NCBI GenBank assembly: GCA_964228865.1
Contig: CAXRAI010000015.1
Location: forward strand, 17,936-81,935
Source of the DNA: Salinimicrobium sp.
GTDB taxonomy: Archaea; Thermoplasmatota; Poseidoniia; Poseidoniales; Poseidoniaceae
Length of the DNA: 64,000 nucleotides
Reading direction: 5' to 3'
Below, piece by piece: positions 60,918 through 64,000 of the stretch. A program made the translations under genes and the position numbers. Position 1 is the stretch's first letter. Every line of letters starts with the position of its first letter. The notes under the pieces were generated by a model. It saw nothing but the letters and a program-made list of their open reading frames with translations. It was not told where the DNA came from and searched no databases.

Positions 60918-61150
60918 GAACGCGGTGGTTGTGAAACGACTTCATCGGCCGCGATGAGGGAGCGAAGCGCGGTGTTCATCACCGCACGAAGATCACTGAT
61001 TCGCCCCTCTTCAAAGCTCCAAGAGAGCGTTGTTCCGTTGATGTGGACGTCGTGTTCGGTGCTCAAACACGCCACGAGAGCCCGATGCATGGCTGGCGCT
61101 TCGGCGGTAACGGTGAGCGAAGCGGCGCAGGGCGCCGACACGCAGATCAC
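60914..61150 (-). CDS. pcc1: KEOPS complex subunit Pcc1
   Basis: 78 aa. ISDLRAVMNTALRSLIAADEVV resembles the Pcc1 C-terminal helix (xxALRGTVNSYLRWIKAAIDVI in Pyrococcus, from memory). The GTG start overlaps the L37ae stop. It sits in the conserved position between L37ae and prefoldin beta. Confidence 0.65.
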   Translation of the reverse strand: MICVSAPCAASLTVTAEAPAMHRALVACLSTEHDVHINGTTLSWSFEEGRISDLRAVMNTALRSLIAADEVVSQPPRS

Positions 61151-61506
61151 TCCTCTTCGTCGAACTCGCCGTCGGCGAGGCGGCGCTCGAAGTCGAGCGC
61201 GGCCTGTTGGGCGATGTAGGCCATGTCAGCCGTGGTCGCGCCGTCGGCGTTGCGACGAACGATACGGGCGTTGGTGTCGGAAGCACGGGTGAAGGGCTCC
61301 CACACGCCACCGGCGAAGGTGTAGCCGCACTTGCTGCAGTGCCAGATGCCGGCCGCCTTGCGACGAACCTTGCGGTATTGGCAGGTGGGGCAGGTGTACT
61401 TGGCCGACTTCTTGGCCAGAGCAACGCCCGCGTTGCGTCGAACGCTCACACCGTAGCGGGCGCCGAAGCGACCGGTTCGTCCGGCTTTTTGGGTGCGCTT
61501 GGCCAA
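61147..61506 (-). CDS. rpl37ae: 50S ribosomal protein eL43 (L37Ae) with acidic C-terminal extension
   Basis: MAKRTQKAGRTGRFGARYG...CPTCQYRKVRRKAAGIWHCSKCGYTFAGG is canonical L37Ae. About 30 extra residues end in ADGEFDEEE. Confidence 0.9.
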   Translation of the reverse strand: MAKRTQKAGRTGRFGARYGVSVRRNAGVALAKKSAKYTCPTCQYRKVRRKAAGIWHCSKCGYTFAGGVWEPFTRASDTNARIVRRNADGATTADMAYIAQQAALDFERRLADGEFDEEE

Positions 61507-62295
61507 TCAGTTCCCCTCCATGCTGCTGACGAGTTCTCGGAGTTCACCACAGTGCGTTCGGGCGACCTCAAGGATCTCGGCGAATTCCGCGGGCGTGAAG
61601 GCTCCTTTTAGCCCCTTCTGCAGGGAGTGGAGGTGCTCTTCGTCACCGAGGGTGATGTGGATCCGCTCCTCGCCACCGGTCTCTTCGTCTTCGCTGGGGT
61701 CGTAGACGAACCGTCCACCGACGCGCTGGAAGGAGGCCATGACGGGCGTGCCCTTGACCGTAAGGACGTGGTCTTCACCGACGTCGAAACGCTCTGCGGG
61801 CACGACGGCGGTGCGGAGCGCAGCAATGGCCGCAAGGCCACAGGCGTCGAAGATGTTGCCACCGTCGGAAAGCACGTGGATGTCGATCATCACGCCCCAG
61901 ACCTTCTCGCCGGGGACGATGCACAAGGCTTCCATGTCGATGCATCCGGACTCACGGATGCCGCGGTCCACCACACGACCAAGTTCGATGGATTGTGGGC
62001 TGGGGGGGCCAGGCTCGTACTTGCGGTGAGCCACGGGGCGCAATTCAGCACCGCACATCAGGGAACCTTGGGTGGGTCGGTCGGGCCACGGGGTGCGCAG
62101 CTCGAACTTGACACCGGCGTAGACCACCGTGTCGCCCCACGTCACCTTGGCGGAGCCTTCGGCGTTGTAGAGGATGTCCACTTCGAGCTGAACGTCGCGG
62201 CGGTCCCAACGACCACGGCCGTCGATGCGCTGGTCGGATTCGGCCAGGCGCTCGAGTTCTTGACGGAGCAAACTGGGAACGGGAGCAGCCATCAC
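61507..62295 (-). CDS. rrp42: exosome complex subunit Rrp42 (RNase PH-like, non-catalytic)
   Basis: 262 aa. QRIDGRGRWDRRDVQLEVDILYNAEGSAKVTWGDTVVYAGVK is seen. Its start overlaps the rrp41 stop by 4 nt. Confidence 0.88.
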   Translation of the reverse strand: MMAAPVPSLLRQELERLAESDQRIDGRGRWDRRDVQLEVDILYNAEGSAKVTWGDTVVYAGVKFELRTPWPDRPTQGSLMCGAELRPVAHRKYEPGPPSPQSIELGRVVDRGIRESGCIDMEALCIVPGEKVWGVMIDIHVLSDGGNIFDACGLAAIAALRTAVVPAERFDVGEDHVLTVKGTPVMASFQRVGGRFVYDPSEDEETGGEERIHITLGDEEHLHSLQKGLKGAFTPAEFAEILEVARTHCGELRELVSSMEGN

Positions 62296-63023
62296 GCCTC
62301 ACCTCCGTCGTAGCGGGCCTTCAGAGCGGCGACCATGATCTCATGGATTTCAGCCGCGGCCTTGTAGTTGTACTCGGTCGCGAGGTTGTACTCCTCAATG
62401 GACAGGTCGCCGTCCATCTGGAGGAAGACGAGTTCACCCGTGTTGGGGCAGATGCCCATCGGAAGGTCGGCCTGACCGTAGTTGTCCTCGGCCTTGTCGA
62501 GGTCGAGCACGACGGTGTCCTGGATCTTGCCGGAGGCGATGCCGACGACCATGTCGCGCATCGGGATACCGGCGTCGGCCAAGGCCACAGAGGCAGCCGT
62601 GATGCCGACGCATCGGGTTCCTGCTTCGGCCGCGAGGATCTCAATCTCGACGCGAATCTTGGAGCGGGGGTAGCGCTCGAGAAGCACAACGGATTCGAGG
62701 GCTTCAGCGGTGACCTTGGAAATCTCGCGGGAGCGGCGGTTGAAGCCGGGGCGGATGCGGTCCGAGGTGGAGAAAGGTGCCATGTTGTAGCGCACGTCGA
62801 GCACAGCGCGGTCTTGGCGCTGAATCTTGCGGGGGTGCGCCTCCATCGGGCCATAGACCGCGACCACGGCCACGTTGAGGCCGTGCTTCACCCATGCCGA
62901 GCCTTGGGCTGCGGGCAGGATGCCGGCCTTGATCTCGACCGGGCGCATTTCATCGACGGTGCGGCCGTCAAGGCGCGTACCGTCGTCGTTCAGGAGTTTG
63001 ACATCACCGTATCCACCCATCAT
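62292..63023 (-). CDS. rrp41: exosome complex exonuclease Rrp41 (RNase PH)
   Basis: 243 aa. TRLDGRTVDEMRPVEIKAGILPAAQGSAWVKHGLNVAVVAVYGP, FNRRSREISK and ILAAEAGTRCVGITAASVALADAGIPM are seen. Confidence 0.9.
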   Translation of the reverse strand: MMGGYGDVKLLNDDGTRLDGRTVDEMRPVEIKAGILPAAQGSAWVKHGLNVAVVAVYGPMEAHPRKIQRQDRAVLDVRYNMAPFSTSDRIRPGFNRRSREISKVTAEALESVVLLERYPRSKIRVEIEILAAEAGTRCVGITAASVALADAGIPMRDMVVGIASGKIQDTVVLDLDKAEDNYGQADLPMGICPNTGELVFLQMDGDLSIEEYNLATEYNYKAAAEIHEIMVAALKARYDGGEA

Positions 63024-63715
63024 GCATCACCTTGGCTTGGAGCGTTTGCCGCATGCGCATCGAGGATGGCCTCGAAGCGGTCCGAGCGTCCTGCGGCAGC
63101 GACCGCTCGGAGGAGTGCGCGCAACCAGTCGATGCCGGATGCGTCGCCGTCAGCCCACAGCCGACCGTTGTCGGCGAGGACAAGGCGGCAGTCGCTGAGA
63201 TCGCGAAGCCGCTTGAGGAGGGCCGCGCCTTCGGCGCGGAGGGTGTCGATGTGCTGCACATCAATGTCGAGCACGGCACCTTCCGCCAGGCGGCGGAGGC
63301 CGATGCCCTTCATCGTGGCCACGACGTTCTGGACCTCGTCGACTTCCTGCACACGCATGAGCAAGCTGTCGTTGATGTCCGCGTGGTCGCGGGTGCCCCC
63401 AAACTCGACCTTCCAAGGCGCGAGCGACATGGGGAGGAGGGCTTGGAACGGTCCGTTGATGTCGAGGAACCACAGGTTGCTGCGTGCCTCGATGACCGTG
63501 CCGATCACCAAATCGCCCGAGCGGGGCATGTAGCAGCTGGCCACGGGGTCGACCGACACGGTACCGTGACGCTCACGGACGTGGCCAACTCGGGTGGCAA
63601 TGATTTCGTCGCCCTGAATGAGGGCTCCAGTTCCGACTCGACGCCCGGACGCCGGCCCGATGGCCGAACCCGGGGTCACCAGGCGCAGCTCGGCGCCGTT
63701 TTGACCTTGGGACAT
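63020..63715 (-). CDS. rrp4: exosome complex RNA-binding subunit Rrp4 (S1 + KH)
   Basis: 231 aa. LVTPGSAI, YMPRSGDLVIGTVIEARSNLWFLDINGPFQALLP (S1 domain) and GRLWADG (KH region) are seen. It is the first recognisable gene of the exosome unit. Confidence 0.85.
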   Translation of the reverse strand: MSQGQNGAELRLVTPGSAIGPASGRRVGTGALIQGDEIIATRVGHVRERHGTVSVDPVASCYMPRSGDLVIGTVIEARSNLWFLDINGPFQALLPMSLAPWKVEFGGTRDHADINDSLLMRVQEVDEVQNVVATMKGIGLRRLAEGAVLDIDVQHIDTLRAEGAALLKRLRDLSDCRLVLADNGRLWADGDASGIDWLRALLRAVAAAGRSDRFEAILDAHAANAPSQGDA

Positions 63716-63771
63716 TGTTCTCTCCTGACCCGGCCACCCGCGACCCCATCATAAACCCAACACATGGGTCT

Positions 63772-63987
63772 TCAGGCTTCTTCGTCGTGTCGTGCAACCA
63801 TGTCGGCGCTGACCAAAGCCCCGTCACAATGCGGACATCGGTCCTCTCCTGAGAGCGCCTCAGGTCGAATGGCGAGCACCGCAAGACAATGTGGACAAGC
63901 GGCAAGCATCTCACCGGGCTCAAGGCTCGCTTCAAGATCGACTGGCTTCTCCGCATAGGCTGCTTGGTAGGTCGGGAGAAGATGCAC
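63772..63987 (-). CDS. small zinc-ribbon protein (CPHC-x17-CPHC), possibly 5-prime truncated by the window edge
   Basis: The track ORF starts with GTG at 63987, but the frame stays open to position 64000, so this may be the C-terminus of a longer protein. Composition is acidic, like the rest of this proteome. It lies 56 nt upstream of rrp4. Confidence 0.35.
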   Translation of the reverse strand: MHLLPTYQAAYAEKPVDLEASLEPGEMLAACPHCLAVLAIRPEALSGEDRCPHCDGALVSADMVARHDEEA

Positions 63988-64000
63988 ACGAACCCGGCGC

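Noticed and set aside
60126-61292. 388-aa plus-strand ORF across the DHH, pfdB, pcc1 and rpl37ae genes
   Set aside because: It crosses four coupled minus-strand genes, and its product is extremely Arg/Pro-rich.
1-64000. Search by eye for tRNA, rRNA, SRP/RNase P RNA, CRISPR repeats, transposases, integrases, toxin-antitoxin or known defence genes
   Set aside because: Non-coding gaps are all shorter than about 120 nt and show no cloverleaf-like or repeat-spacer structure. No ORF shows DDE/recombinase, Cas, restriction or abortive-infection motifs. A covariance-model scan (tRNAscan-SE/Infernal) is still needed to be certain.

Overview
This is a GC-rich, very gene-dense archaeal chromosomal segment. 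I call about 58 protein genes. Reading the few short intergenic gaps by eye, I found no rRNA, tRNA, CRISPR array, transposase or integrase. Archaeal identity is unambiguous: split transketolase, aEF-2, uS12/uS7, eL43 (L37ae), exosome Rrp4/Rrp41/Rrp42, Pcc1, prefoldin beta, proteasome alpha, SBDS, RFC large subunit, TiaS, isopentenyl phosphate kinase and a Dph6-like ligase. The futalosine genes, OPT transporter and large lectin/TSP3 adhesins are reminiscent of uncultured marine Thermoplasmatota, but that is only a guess. Functional blocks from left to right: futalosine/menaquinone genes (mqnD-mqnA-mqnC/E); P-type ATPase and OPT transporter; non-oxidative pentose-phosphate genes; ProRS; a YHYH-domain surface protein; SRP54 plus an ArsA/Get3-HSP20 fusion; a transglutaminase-like protein; TrkAH; RFC-L and GlyRS; a 1762-aa Lhr helicase; a 1185-aa lectin/LamG/PPC/TSP3 surface protein beside an archaeosortase-like gene; TiaS; PurB; proteasome alpha and SBDS; a thiolase / DUF35-like / zinc-ribbon protein / actin-like operon; KptA; IPK plus an IDI-GGPPS fusion; the S12-S7-EF2 operon; a UbiD-family enzyme; and the exosome superoperon. 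The strongest candidate for something undescribed is the tightly coupled minus-strand operon at 43.7-47.8 kb. It ends in a MamK-type actin homologue preceded by an orphan protein with a zinc ribbon at each terminus, and no magnetosome genes are present. Secondary candidates are the archaeosortase-like gene with possible non-canonical C-terminal sorting signals, the over-long Lhr with duplicated YcaQ/AlkZ-like C-terminal modules, the eukaryote-like IDI1 fused to GGPP synthase, and extra genes appended to two deeply conserved operons (str and exosome). All functional calls rest on motif recognition by eye. No database search was run.
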